Source of the DNA: Basidiobolus meristosporus CBS 931.73 | Lineage: Eukaryota > Fungi > Basidiobolomycota | NCBI GenBank assembly: GCA_002104905.1 | Contig: MCFE01000302.1 | Location: 1 to 64,000, forward strand | DNA: 64,000 nt | Direction of reading: 5' to 3' | Part shown: one piece after another, positions 40,201-52,624 of the stretch | Position numbering within the stretch: the stretch's first letter is position 1 | Layout of the letters: the number at the start of each line of letters is the position of its first letter | Position numbers and translations under genes: made by a program | The notes under the pieces: generated by a model | The model's input: only the letters and a program-made list of their open reading frames with translations | Told to the model about the DNA's origin: nothing | Databases searched by the model: none

Positions 40201-41924
40201 ATCTGAGGCACATTGACTTAATGCAGGGTGCTCTTGTGAAGGGTGTTGGCATAGATTGGACTGATCTGCACCTGTGCACCAACATTGGAAGGGATGGTAA
40301 GGAATCCAGCAAGGCATGCTGGTGCAGTCTAGACACAATTGCTTGTGGTCTGTGTTCTTCCTCTTGAAGCTCACCTTCTGATTCCTCAAGGTATTCACTT
40401 ACCCTCTGTTTGATGCTGTGGAACTGTTGCCTTCATGAGTCCTGCTTATATTGCTCTTGAAAACCACTTAGCTCTACTAATAGACTGTATAATACATTAG
40501 TCATTTAAGGAGAAGACTCATCCAAAATCTCTTTGGCTCCCAAAGTCAAGGCACAAACAGACACATCAGGCCTGTACTGTGCAAATTGCATGTAGAGTTA
40601 CTGGTATACAGCTTCCTCATTGAATCTCCTCACTCTGGGCTCATTTTTGATTTCAATACTTGTCTTGTTATATATCTTCTTACATACTTCTGCTGCCATC
40701 TGGATGTAGAACTCATACCACAGCTTTCTACTCATATTTGTTGATATCTGTCAACCCTCTTAGGTATCCTGTTGTTCTAGATTAATGAGTACTGCCCAAA
40801 TATCTGTATGAAGACTCATTAAAGACACTCAGGCCATACTGAAATCATTTGGCAAGAACCCAAATAGATCCAACATCAACTTTTCTGGTCCAGAGTGTGC
40901 TTGGGAGCTGGGGGATGGGTTTTGTCTGGGTTGTACTAAAGATGAGCTAAGCCTTGGTATAGGGACCATAGTAATGGATTTGAATACACATGCAGTAGTG
41001 TGCTGATATAAACCTGGTCTTATATGAAATATATATGAAAACTAATGCAATTGATGAATTATCCTTATATTATGCATGATACATCTTGGATTGCATTGAT
41101 ACAGATCAGATCACATCAATTGCAGATTTCAAATTTGATTATAGGCACGCAAATAAATCATCAATAGAATCACCAAGTCATTATTTGAGGATGATTTTTG
41201 CAACATAATGACGGGATACATGGCAATTGATGGTGACTTAATCATAATGCATGGAAAAGCAGATAAATTAAGATGATTGTGCCAAAGTGATTCAAATCAC
41301 CTCTATTTGATCATGTACCAATTTTGATGTAACTTACTTATTGGAATGGTCTTTTCTCATCAATCTCATCACTTCCACTGGATTTCCTTTTGACTCATTG
41401 AAGGAGGTCTATACCAGGTACTGTGGACCATCTACCCCAATCTGCTTGAGGAGATCCTTTGTTAAGCTTCTCTTCTATCACAAAAGCTATTGCCCTACAA
41501 GGTCTCATCCCACCATTCATGGTAAGAATTTCCTAGGAGCTTTCACTCCCAGTTGACAGCAATGAATAACCACCTTGTGGAGAGTATGAGCAAATTAGAG
41601 CAAGCTTGGAATATTAAGTTCAGAAGCTCTAATAGACTTCCATATTGCAGAGTGTTCAGCAACAGGTTCCATATGAGGGTATTTTGGATACCTCCCCAGT
41701 CAGGATTAACAGACCTTCCAGAGGGCAGAAACACTTTTATTCTGGAAAATACAAGGCACACTGTGTGAAGTTTCAAACACTGTTGGACATTAGCATAGCA
41801 TCATCTGGTTTAGTAGGCCACTTGCTGGAAGTAGGCACAACAAAGCACTCTGGGCAGAGAATCATTCCAAATTCAGTAGAGGGGAGAAGTGTATGGCAGA
41901 CTTAGCTTAAGTAGGAGAGGATTG

Positions 41925-42273
41925 TGTTGTAAGAGTCTTGGAGATATTGGAAGTGATTGGGAGAACAAGTAGATTATGTGGTTTTCACTTAATGATTTAT
42001 TGAATGTAAAAGTAGTATTTATACTTTTACCTGGTCTTGACATTACAAACACGTAGAATAGGTTAAGGAAGGTCCCAAGAACATGTGTGCAAAGTTTGGG
42101 GCTGTTTGGAAAACTTTGAGAATTTTCATGTTCTGGGTACCTGGTATTTTAGTGAAAATATTCCAAGTAAATCCCAACAAGGGATTTGGTCAGTATTCTC
42201 TAGGATTTGAAGGTGATGATCTAAGTGACTAAGTTAGATGAATATTTAAGTGGAAATACAAATTTTTACAACA
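41925..42273 (-). repeat. Copia 3' LTR
   Basis: TGTTGTAAGAGTC...TTTTTACAACA; 11 differences from the 5' LTR by manual count; adjacent to PPT (ctcccac on + strand). Confidence 0.95.
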
Positions 42274-43163
42274 CTCCCACTCAGCTAAATGTTCATACTG
42301 ACTAGTCCTAATTTTGACCTAAGATATTCAAACTTGTCTCTAGCTAATGGTTTGGTAAATAAGTCTGCAAGCATTTCATCTGTAGGACAGTAAACTAAGC
42401 TAACTAAGTTATTCTCTATAGCTTCTTGTATGAAATGATGTCTAATATCTATGTGCTTGGTTCTAGCATGAAAAGTTGGATTTCTACCTAATTGTATACA
42501 TCCTTGATTATCTTGAAATAAAGTAATAGACATTTTTTGACATAGGCCTTAATCTGTAAAGAGCTTTCTTAACCACATTGCTTCTTTTGTAGCTTCACAG
42601 GCTGCCATATACTCTGCCTCTTTAGTAGAAAGTGCTACGGTTGGTTGCTTTCTTGAATTCCATGAAATGGCTCCTTTACAGTAAAGAAAGGTGTATCCTG
42701 TGGTGGATCTTCTGTCTTCCAAATTTTGTCCCCAATCAGCATCAGAGTATCCCACAAGATCCTGTTCTGAATCCTTATAAGTGTATCTTAAGCAGATATT
42801 AGCAGTTCCTTTTAGGTGTCTAAAAATCCGCTTAACTGCTGCAATATGATCAGATCCATAGTTCTGATTATGTTGGCTGACAACTCCCACTGAATATGAG
42901 ATATCTGGACGTGTTCCAAGCATGATATACATCAGACTGCCGACCATAGATTGATAAGGAAAGTCAGGGCTTTCAGATGGCACCAAGCTCTCTTGATTTG
43001 GTTGAGTTTTGACCAAGTCAAGGTTTGTCTCCATTGGGGTAGCTGCCGGTTTACAGTCTTCCATTTTGTACTTCTTTAGTATATCTTGAATATACTTGGA
43101 TTGGCTTAGGGTAATAGTCTGGGTACTTCTGTCTATGGAGAACTTAATCCCTAAGTAGTAACT

Positions 43164-43899
43164 AGACTTGTTCCATTGGATAGTGCCACATTGAGCCATG
43201 AGTGCCAAATAGTGCCATTGCATGCCAGAGAGGCATAGCAGACCTAAATTTGGCCCCAGAGTGTGAAACATAGCTCTTCATCTTCATGCAAAGCAACCCC
43301 TGCGTTTCACCCATTATGATGGAGAAAATCCATTTTTTGATCTTTTTTTTTTGGATCAGTGTTGTGCAGGATGTGTAAGAGGACAGAAGGACTGAAGACA
43401 TGCATCTGGTACTCAATACCCATGGCACTCTGAATCTAGCTTCTGTAGCTTGCATCATGTCACAAAAATGAATGGCACTATCTTGGTCCACTGGTACTAT
43501 CTGGCACTATATTTAAATATTAGCCCTAAAGTAAGACCTATACAAAGCACTTATAGTGCCATATAGTACCAGTGGACCAAGATAGTGCCATTCATTTTTG
43601 TGACATGATACAAGCTACAGGAGCTAGATTCAGAGTGCCATGGGTATTGAGTACCATATGCATGTCTTCAGTCCTTCTGTTCTCTTACACATCCTGCACA
43701 ACACTGATCCAAAAAAAAAAGATCCAAAAATGGATTTTCTCTAACACAATGGGTGAAAGGCAGGGGCTGCTTTGCATGAAGTTGAAGAGCTATGTTTCAC
43801 ACTCTGTGGCCAAGTTTAGGCTCACTTGGCCTCCCTGGCATGCTATGGCATCATTTGGCACTCATGGTTCAATGTGGTACTATCCAACGGAACAAGTCT
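43164..43899. mobile_element. 736-bp foldback MITE with Pangu-type termini, inserted in the copia RT
   Basis: ACT TSD (43161-43163, 43900-43902); 347-bp inverted arms and a 42-bp spacer; removing it restores SNLGELSYYLGI in the RT. Confidence 0.93.
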
Positions 43900-46800
43900 A
43901 CTAAGTTCTCCTAGATTGGACATCTTGAACTCCTTGGATAGGCTGGATTTAGTTTCTTCCAATGTTTCAAGGTTAATGGCGGCTATAATAAGATCATCCA
44001 CATATAGAGCTAATAGAACTGGATTTGCTCTATCTGGCTTATAGTATATACCATAGTCAGCATTACTTCTTTTGAAACTCAAAGATTCCAAATAAGAATC
44101 TATCTTGCAATTCCAGGCTCTTGGTGATTGTTTGAGACCATATAGTGACTTTTTAAGCTTGCAGACCAAATGGGGGTTTTCTTGGTCAACAAACCCATCA
44201 GACTGGTCCATATACACCTCCTTGTCAAGTTCTCCATTCAAAAATGCAGTTTTTACATCCATTTGATGAATAAAAAACTTATATTTGGCTGCAATAGCCA
44301 ATATTAATCTGATGGAATTAAACTTGGCTACCGGTGCAAAGGTCTCAGTATAGTCAAGTCCTTTTGTTTGAGAGTATCCTTTGGATACAAGTCTTGCTTT
44401 GTATCTTTCAATTGTACCATCAGCCTTGTATTTTGTCTTGAAGACCCATCTGCATCCAATTGATTTTTGGTTGATTGGTAATTTGACTTAGTCCCAAGTT
44501 TGATTTTCCATCAGGGCCTGATATTCCTCAGTCATTGCAGATCTCCAAAACTTTGTCTGAGGGCTATTTAGGGCCTCTTTTACAGTCTGGGGTTCATCAA
44601 TATAGACTGAATAGGCATAGGCTAAGTTTGTACCCTCATTGATATAGTAATTTGGGCTATTTCTTGTCTGATTTGATCTCTGGGCATTTGATACTGGAAT
44701 GATAACTTCTGGGATATTCCTGGGCACTGATTCTGGCTGAACCATGGTTGTAGAGTCCTCTGGAGTGAAAAAATTTTCATTGTTTTGCTCTGATTCAATC
44801 CTGACAATTGGTGGACTTGAGATCTAATTTTTGTCATCATCTGATGTCATTTTTTGTGAAATTTTTGAATTTTCATCAAACAACACATCCCTGGACTTGA
44901 TCAGCTTCTTTGCTTTGGTATTGTAGAGTCTGTATGCCCTACTCTCACTACAGTAGCCCAAAAATATGCATTTTACACTTTTTGGCTCAAATTTTGACTG
45001 ATTTCCGGCCAGTTTTTTGGCATATGCTGTGTACCCAAATATTCTTAGATGTTCTGCACTTGGTCTGTATCCATACCATGCTTCAAATGGAGTAGAATCA
45101 CAAAGTATTCTGTTATAACTCCTATTTTTCAGGTATTCAGCAGTGGCAACTGATTCCTCCCAAAAATCATAGGATAATTTTTGATCATGGATCATAGATC
45201 TTGCCATATCAGTTATTGATCTGTTAGCTTGTTCTGCTACTCCATTTTGCTGTGGGGAGTATGGTACAGTAGTCTCTTGCTTTATCCCATGAACTTTGCA
45301 GAAGTGGATGAAGAGTTTTGAGGTATATTCTCCACCATTGTCAGAGTGTATTTTCTTGATTTTTTCACCAGTTTCTCTCTCCACCATGGCTTTAAACTCC
45401 CTGAACTTAGACAGAGCTTCTTCCTTTCTCTCCATGAAGTAGACCCATGTGTATCTTGTATAATCATCAATAAAAGTGATTAAATACTTCATCCCGCCTA
45501 AGGATGAATTTTGCATAGGTCCACACAGATCTGAGTGAATTGGAACTAATTTTTTCTTAGTTTTGATTAACCCAGAGCTCTTGAACAATTGTCTGGCTTG
45601 TTTCCCATATATGCAGGCTTCACAGTGCTCCAAACTAGCTGGGGGATCAATTTTCACTGCAGAAATTAGCTGATCTTTGATCATTTTACGCAGATAATCA
45701 AAATTGATGTGCCCAAATCTCCTGTGCCAAAGCATTGGTGTTTCTTCATTTAAGTTACTTATATTGGCTTCCAAATATGATGGAATATAAGTCAACTTGT
45801 ATAGATTTTGATCTCTGATGCCCAAAGCAATATGGGCACCATTTTGATCAGTGATCCTGCATCCAGAATTGTCAAAACTGAAACTGAGTCCTTCTGCTGT
45901 GGCCTTGCTTACAGAGAGTAGGTTCTTGGCTATTTCTGGTACATAGAGTACTTCTTTAAAGGTCAGTGTATGGCTTCCTTCACTGCTTCTAAGGTTTACT
46001 TGGATAGTTCCTTCTCCCACTGCATCAAGTGTTCTATTGTCACCCATGAAAACCTTCTTAATTGGAATTTCTTGATATTGGGTAAAAAGTTCTTTTTGGT
46101 GTGTAAAGTGTTGAGATGCTCCAGAATCAATATACCACGTCTGAGAATCCTTGTTTGTGGTCATATTTAGTGCAGATATGAATAGTCTATCTTCAGTTGT
46201 TGCAGCATTTCCATATTCAGGCTTCTTTTCCTGATTATCTTTCTTTTTGAGACATCAGTCTGATGTGTGTCCTTTCCTTTTGCAGTAGTTACAAAACAGG
46301 TTGCTGTTGCCTTTGTAGGGTCTTGGGTACCTCCTGTGTTGGTTATCATTGCTTATTAAAGCATTTTCTTCTTCCTTCTTATTTGCGCTTGATTTTCTTA
46401 ATTCTTCATCCAGGAGCCTTCCATATACATAATTTAAGGTCAAATCTTCAGTTCTGGACTCTAGGGCTGATACAAGGCCCTGAAACTTGTCTTTCAGGCT
46501 ATTAAGGATGGTAACTATCACATCCTCATCAGTAGTTGGTACACCCACAGATTCCATCTCATCTACCAGCAGGGTAATTCTGTTAATTAGATTTTTCATT
46601 TCTTCTCCTAGCAGCATCTTTGTAGTAAAGAATTTTTGTCTCAGATACATTTTCTTGGCAGCTGAACATGACTGGTAGGTGTCTTCTAATGCTTTCCAGG
46701 CATTCTTTGCCGTTTTTGCTCTTGAGCATTGAATTAGCAATTTGTCCTTGACATTAAGGCAAATGCAGTTAAAGGCACTTTGTTCTTTCTTCTGGTACTT

Positions 46801-46997
46801 CAAGGCTTCCTCTCCCACGTTTTTTGGAGGGCATTCTTCCCCCATTACAATATCCCAAAGGCCTCTTTCTTGTAGCAGCATCTTCATCTTCACCTTCCAC
46901 ACTTGGTAGTTAGATCCATCCACTTTTCAGCAGAGGGAAAATTCCAGTAATAGCAGTAGTAGACATTGCAGAGAGTGACAGCTTGGGGCTCATAACC

Positions 46998-47346
46998 TGT
47001 TGTAAGAGTCTTGGAGATATTGGAAGTGATTGGGAGAACAAGTAGATTATGTGGTTTTCACTTAATGATTTATTGAATGTAAAAGTAGTATTTATACTTT
47101 TACCTGGTCTTGGCATTACAAGCACATAGAATAGATTAAGGAAGGTCCCAAGAACATGTGTGCAAGGTTTGGGGCTGTTTGGACAACTTTGAGAATTTTC
47201 ATGTTCTGGGTACCTGGTATTTTGGTGAAAATATTCTAAGTAAATCCCAACAAGGAATTTGGTCAGTATTCTCTAGGATTTGAAGGTGATGATCTAAGTG
47301 ACTAAGTCAGATGAATATTTAGGTGGAAATACAAATTTTTACAACA
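46998..47346 (-). repeat. Copia 5' LTR
   Basis: Same sequence as 41925-42273; followed on the - strand by the PBS. Confidence 0.95.
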
Positions 47347-48148
47347 GATTGTCAGTGATTAGGACATATTACGACTTGTAGGAAGCTAAGGAATGGTGTG
47401 CTTAGCAGGAAGCAGAAGCTCTACAGTGAGATATTCAATTGATCCAGAGTGAGAGTAGATCATACATTTGGATATCTATAGAGATTCAGCATATTAGCAG
47501 GCAAATACAGAGGAAAGTCATGTACAGGAGAAAACGGCAGAATAGGTAAAATAGTTAAAATACTTATCAATGCCAGTATATTTGTACAAGAAGACATCCA
47601 CTCAGAGAAGTGTGTCTGGAGAATTATGAGGAGTAAATAAAGCAAGAAAAGAACTGTTCTGAGCAACATAATTAAGATTGAGAAAGATAGAAGTAACTGT
47701 ATCCTACCATTGGCATTATAGTAGAAACTAGAGTGCCAGACCAATCCAGTACTATAAACAGGCTGGCACTATGTGGCACTATACAATGGAACAAGTCTGA
47801 TATTGTTATATCACTTTTTTATCAATATTTTAGGAATTCAAGACAGTCTTGTATTTTCCTATGAGAAATTATTGTGATGATCCCATCAAAAGGCTGTCAC
47901 AGATTTGAAGTTCTGTGACTAAGCGGTACTGATCCTGTCAGGACACTGTGAAGAGACCATTGAAAAACAATTGCACCCATGATTTCACAAAAACTTGTTC
48001 AGAATTTTTCATCACAGTAGTATATAAGTGGCTTTTGACTGGTTCCCTGCCAATATGCTGACTTTCTGATACCAGACACTTGATAGTCTCCTACATTTGT
48101 GAGCAATGATTGGCTGTTGCCTCTATTTCACACTCCTTACTTCCTGAC

Positions 48149-48497
48149 TGTTGGAAAAATTTGTAATTCCACCTAAATATTCATCTAACTTAGTCACTTG
48201 GATCATTACCATCAAATCCTAGAGAACACTGACCAAAATTCCTTGTTGGCACTTACCTAGAATATTCTCACAAAAATACCAAGTACCTGGAACATGAAAA
48301 TTCTAAAGTTGTGCAAACAGCCCCAAACTTTACACACATGTTTTTGGGACCTTCCTTAGCCTATTCTATGTGTTTGTTATGCCAAGACCATGCAAAAGTA
48401 TAAATTCTACTTTTATATTCAATAAGTCATAAAGTGAAAACCACATAATCTACTTATCCTCCCAATCACTTCCAATATATCCAAGGCTCTTACAACA
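48149..48497 (+). repeat. Solo LTR of the same copia family, opposite orientation
   Basis: Reverse-complement match to 41925-42273; no clean 5-bp TSD. Confidence 0.88.
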
Positions 48498-48599
48498 GAC
48501 TCAACCATTTCTCTTACTTGTCATGTGTACAAGCTGATTTAGTTCTGCTGAAACTTCAGTTGTATCTCAATTGCCAATTGTATTGACCTATACAAGTCC

Positions 48600-51500
48600 C
48601 TATACCCTACACTAACATTAAGCCCAACCCCACACTCACAAGTATCTCCATTAAAATCCACCAATCAATAAGTATTTCTGCTGTAACACTTTGCTTCCAT
48701 GACTCTGGTGGGAGCCCAACAGCTTTATGCCACTGTTCATTCACTGGTTCCCACACATCCTGGCCTTCAGCCAGCACAGCCAGGTCTAGCACCTCTTCTG
48801 CCAGTCTTTGCAATAAATCCTTGCAATATTCAAGTGCATTTTCTTGAGCACTACTCTTGAAGAAGTGCTGCAACCTCTTGGTGTACCTATTAATGTTCCA
48901 AAATTCAACTGAAGGTATTGTGATAGTCTTACAAGTTCTTGATGTTGTAGCCTTGTCTGTTGGTGGGATCACCACTCTGTCAACAATGGAGGATGTGGAG
49001 GCTGTGGTAGACAAATTGCCTTTCTTTGCAAACCCATTGACCTTACTGGATTGTAGCTCAACTGGCTGCACTTCCAAATCTTGTGAAAACAGCTATTTTC
49101 TTGTTGGTAATTTTTCTTTGCTATGATGGAATTCAGTCTGTTCTGGGCTTGTAACATTAATTGGCAAGAACTGCAATTTTTTTGCATGCTTCCCTGTCTC
49201 AGGCTTGAGTAGACATTTTTCCTATTTCCTTTTCCTGTATCACTGCCAGGTCTTTCACTGCTACTTTGTCTGAGTGCTTCTTGTAATGAATACATTTTCT
49301 CCTTGATAAATTCTGTTGTGTTGTATTATGATTATTTTAGGGCTTGTTCTACAATATAGAGGCTAATCAACAATATAAAACAACTTTCAGTAAGCTATTA
49401 CTGAAATAGTTTGTTGGGAGTTTGATATACCAATAGAAGATATAACTTTCACTAATATCCTCAATCTTAGGCTCAAAACATACTATAGACAGTGATTCTC
49501 ACTTCTACAGCAGTGTTCTGACCTTCTGTTGGCTAATGGGCTTATTTACTTTTATAGTAACTTTTACTTATTAGGAAGTCACTTTCCTTTCTGAGAAAAT
49601 ATTTCCTAATATGGAAATTTTGAACTCCCCTTTAACCTAAAGGGGTATCTTACAGTGTTCTCTAAAGTGGCCTTTACACTAAAGGGGTGCCTTAAAGGGG
49701 TCTCTAAAGGGGTCTTTGGACTAAAGGGGTGTCCAAAGGGGTGTCTTTAGAGTAAAGGGACTTCTTAGCGGGGACTTTTCCAACAGAAAAGTAGTGGTTT
49801 CTTGTAGAACTTAGATTGGATTCTTGTGAGCTTTGCAGTCTCTTTACTGATGTAATACCAATCAAAGTCAGAATACTCAACAGTGCAAGTGATGCAGGGG
49901 AAGTCTTATAACCTTTGAACTTGTAATTGTAGTGTGGAGATTCTGGAAAGTGAGGCTCTCTTTTATTTTTCAGCTGGGCAAGTCATATATATGAAATTTC
50001 TGAAGGATCAAAGTGTTTGGGCAATTGCACAAGCAATACATATGATACAAAGCTCAAATCTTGCAGAGTTGCAGATGGGACATAGGCGCAGCACCTTTGA
50101 GCATTTCACGTGATTTGATTGGCTGGTCCAAAAGTTACATGTGATCAAAGTCACCATAGTAATCCTAGCAATAGAGACCTAGTATATATAATAATTGGAC
50201 TCTTTAGGTCATAACTCCTTAAGTACTGCTTCAGATGGGCTGCAATTTGAAACATGTGTTGGCTACTGTGTGTTCTGTATGACATAATATTCCTGGGTGG
50301 ATTGCTTGTCAGGGTCTGGAGTGTTTGTCCTTCAAAGTTTTAAATTCTTGATCTTTCACCTGTGTGTTACAATAGCAAAAAGCAAAATAAAGAAATGAGT
50401 GCAATATTGATTTTGAGATATTGTAGTAATGGAATACTCTCCAATACCACAATTCTTCTCTGACCCATCTGTTTTGGCCTGCTTGTCCCTTGCTAATACT
50501 CTCCTGGCAACCTGATATTTCTTTTCCACTTGTTTCAAGCTCTCAGCTGTAGTTGTGGCAGGCTCCTGAGAAAGCTGCTTATTTTTATCACTGCCAGGCC
50601 CTTCACTGCTACTCTGACTGAGTGCTTCTTGAGTGGTACTACTCTTTTTCCTTGATAAATGTTGTGCTGGTGAATCTGTGTCTGCCTGCTTGTCCCTTGT
50701 TGGCACTCTTCCAGCTACCTGACAACTCTTTGATGCTTGTTTGGAGCTTTTGGCCCTGCATGTAACAGCCTCTTGGGAAAGCTGCTGGTTTTTAGCCACA
50801 GCACCCTTGTTCTTATGCCTTTGATAGTTTCTATTATTCTTAAGATACTTTCTTAGCATACCAATGCTGACCTAAAATCCATTTGCCTGTTTGAATCCAG
50901 GATAATGCTGATGAAGCAAGTCAAGCAAATTTAGCTTGGCCTTGAGTTCTTGATGGTCCAATGGTATGCTGGCCTTAAGGTGATGGCGTGCTAGACTTCT
51001 AATGGTCTCTGGAATATTAGCCCACTCTTTATTATTGCACTTGGCAGCTTCATAGATCTACAGTTTCTTTTGATTTTAGGATATGGTATAAACACTGCAT
51101 TGTCTCCCACCCATGCTGTGATAGGCTTTTCTGTGGGCTTTATCTTTGTGCACTGTTATTGTGCTTCAAAGACTGTACAGTGTTCCTGTGCTGTTGCATT
51201 ACATATGGCACAATTCTTAGCTGTGATATTGAGCTACTTGAGTTCCTTTGTTGCAGCAAAGACACTGCTTTTTCTACCTGGATTATCAATTGCTCCACAT
51301 GAATTATTTGCTCATGTTATTTCTGGACTATTTCCTGATTTTTCTGGGTCATTGTATCTATCCTATTGGCCACTGCACCTAATTGCATCATTAATGCATT
51401 GGTATGAGCTGACAACATACTTGCTAATATGGGTGGTGGTGATATTATGACTGCCACTTGCTGGTCTTTAACTGAGGGTATTGTGTTTTCTACTTTCTCA

Positions 51501-51760
51501 TCTACCTGAGCAAAATGATCAGCTTGCAGCTCAGCAGAGGTACTTGTTTGCCTACTTGACCAAGTGCCTGAGGAATCCACATTATTACCTTCAGTGGGCA
51601 CACTTTCAACATGGCCTATTTTGGATAAAGCCCAGCCTGCTGCACTAAATGTCAAAGCAAGCTCTTGTCTACCTGTTCTTCTGCCACCATCAGCAGTGGG
51701 GTTTGGTCTGGAACTAGGTGACTCTTATCTATTTTTTGGTGGCATATATATGGAAGTGAG
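48600..51760 (-). pseudogene. Degenerate repeat-associated ORF remnants (probable CACTA accessory gene)
   Basis: 50680-51790 is homologous to 55290-56410; internal duplications at ~49230-49310/50580-50670 and ~50480-50580/50680-50790; many stops. Confidence 0.5.
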
Positions 51761-51806
51761 TCAAACCAAAGGGGAAATGGTGCTACATATATGTATATAT
51801 ATATAT

Positions 51807-52624
51807 AACCACCTTGCAGAGGGTATGAATGACTCAGAGCAAGCTTAGAATACTAGGTTCAGAAGCTCCTATAGACTCCCATATCCCAGAGTGTTCTGCA
51901 ACAGGTTCCATATAAGGAATATTTTGGATACCTTCCCAGTCAGGACTAACAGACCTTCTATAGGGCAGAGGCACTTTTACTCTGGCAAGTACAAGGCACA
52001 CTGTGTGAAGTTTCAAGCACTGTCTGACATTGAGGGTAACATCATCTGGTTTAGCGGGCCATTTGCTGGAAGTAGGCATGACAAAGCACGGTGGGTAGAG
52101 AATCATCCAGAATTCAGTAGAGGTGATAAATGTATGGCAGACTTAGCTTATATAGGAGAGAATTGTCAGAGATTAGGATGTATTATAGCTTATAGGAAGC
52201 CAAGGAATGGTGTGCTTAGCAGCAAGCAGAAGCTCTACAATGAGATATTTAATTATTTCAGAGTGATGGTAGAGCATACATTTGGATATCTGAAGAGATT
52301 CAGCATATTGGCAGGTAAATACAGAGGAAAGTCATATATAGGAGAAAACAGCAGAATACGTAAAATAATTAAGATACTTATCAATGCACAGTATATTCAT
52401 ACAAGAAGACATCCACTGAGAGAAATGTATCTGCAGTAGTAGGAAGAGTAAATAGAGCAAGGAAAGCACTACTTTGAGCAACTTAAGTAAGATTGATTAA
52501 AATTACATGTAACTCTATCCTACCACTGGCATTATGGTAGAAATTATAGTGCCAGATGGTGCCATAACAATCTGGCACTATAAACAGGCTGGTACTCTGT
52601 GGCACTATCTAACAGAACAAGTCT
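51807..52624 (+). mobile_element. Third Pangu-type copy, 5'-truncated (3' transposase plus right TIR)
   Basis: ORF 51891-52439 is nearly identical to the C-terminal part of 36390-37274; ends GAACAAGTCT|AAT. Confidence 0.9.

Larger units (their letters stand above)
41925..47346 (-). mobile_element. Ty1/copia LTR retrotransposon, full length but disrupted
   Basis: 349-bp TG..CA LTRs, GATTG 5-bp TSD, PBS GGTTATGAGCCC, PPT; gag (DGSNYQVW, CNYC..GH), protease (WYIDSGASQH), integrase (HSDLCGP, SDNGGEY, PQQNG), RT (QMDVKTAFLNG, YVDDL), RNase H (GYSDADW, KHIDIRHHF). Confidence 0.97.
39426..47798 (+). mobile_element. Second, degenerate Pangu-type element, split by a copia insertion
   Basis: Same TIRs; target duplication AAT (39423-39425) versus GAT (47799-47801); ORF2 and transposase remnants carry stops and frameshifts. 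Confidence 0.88.
33500..48100 (-). mobile_element. Degenerate CACTA/EnSpm-like transposon, interrupted by two Pangu-type elements (ends approximate)
   Basis: Transposase_21-like LNLPPVLWY..NLIVVSPVSGP..YLYPLLDEF and GDT..IGKIASFSGHNG (38132-38422); flanks joined across both Pangu insertions align with the copy at 56.5-63.9 kb. Confidence 0.75.

Noticed and set aside
43162-43904. Twin ~110-aa ORFs on opposite strands
   Set aside because: An artefact of the palindromic MITE arms, not genes.
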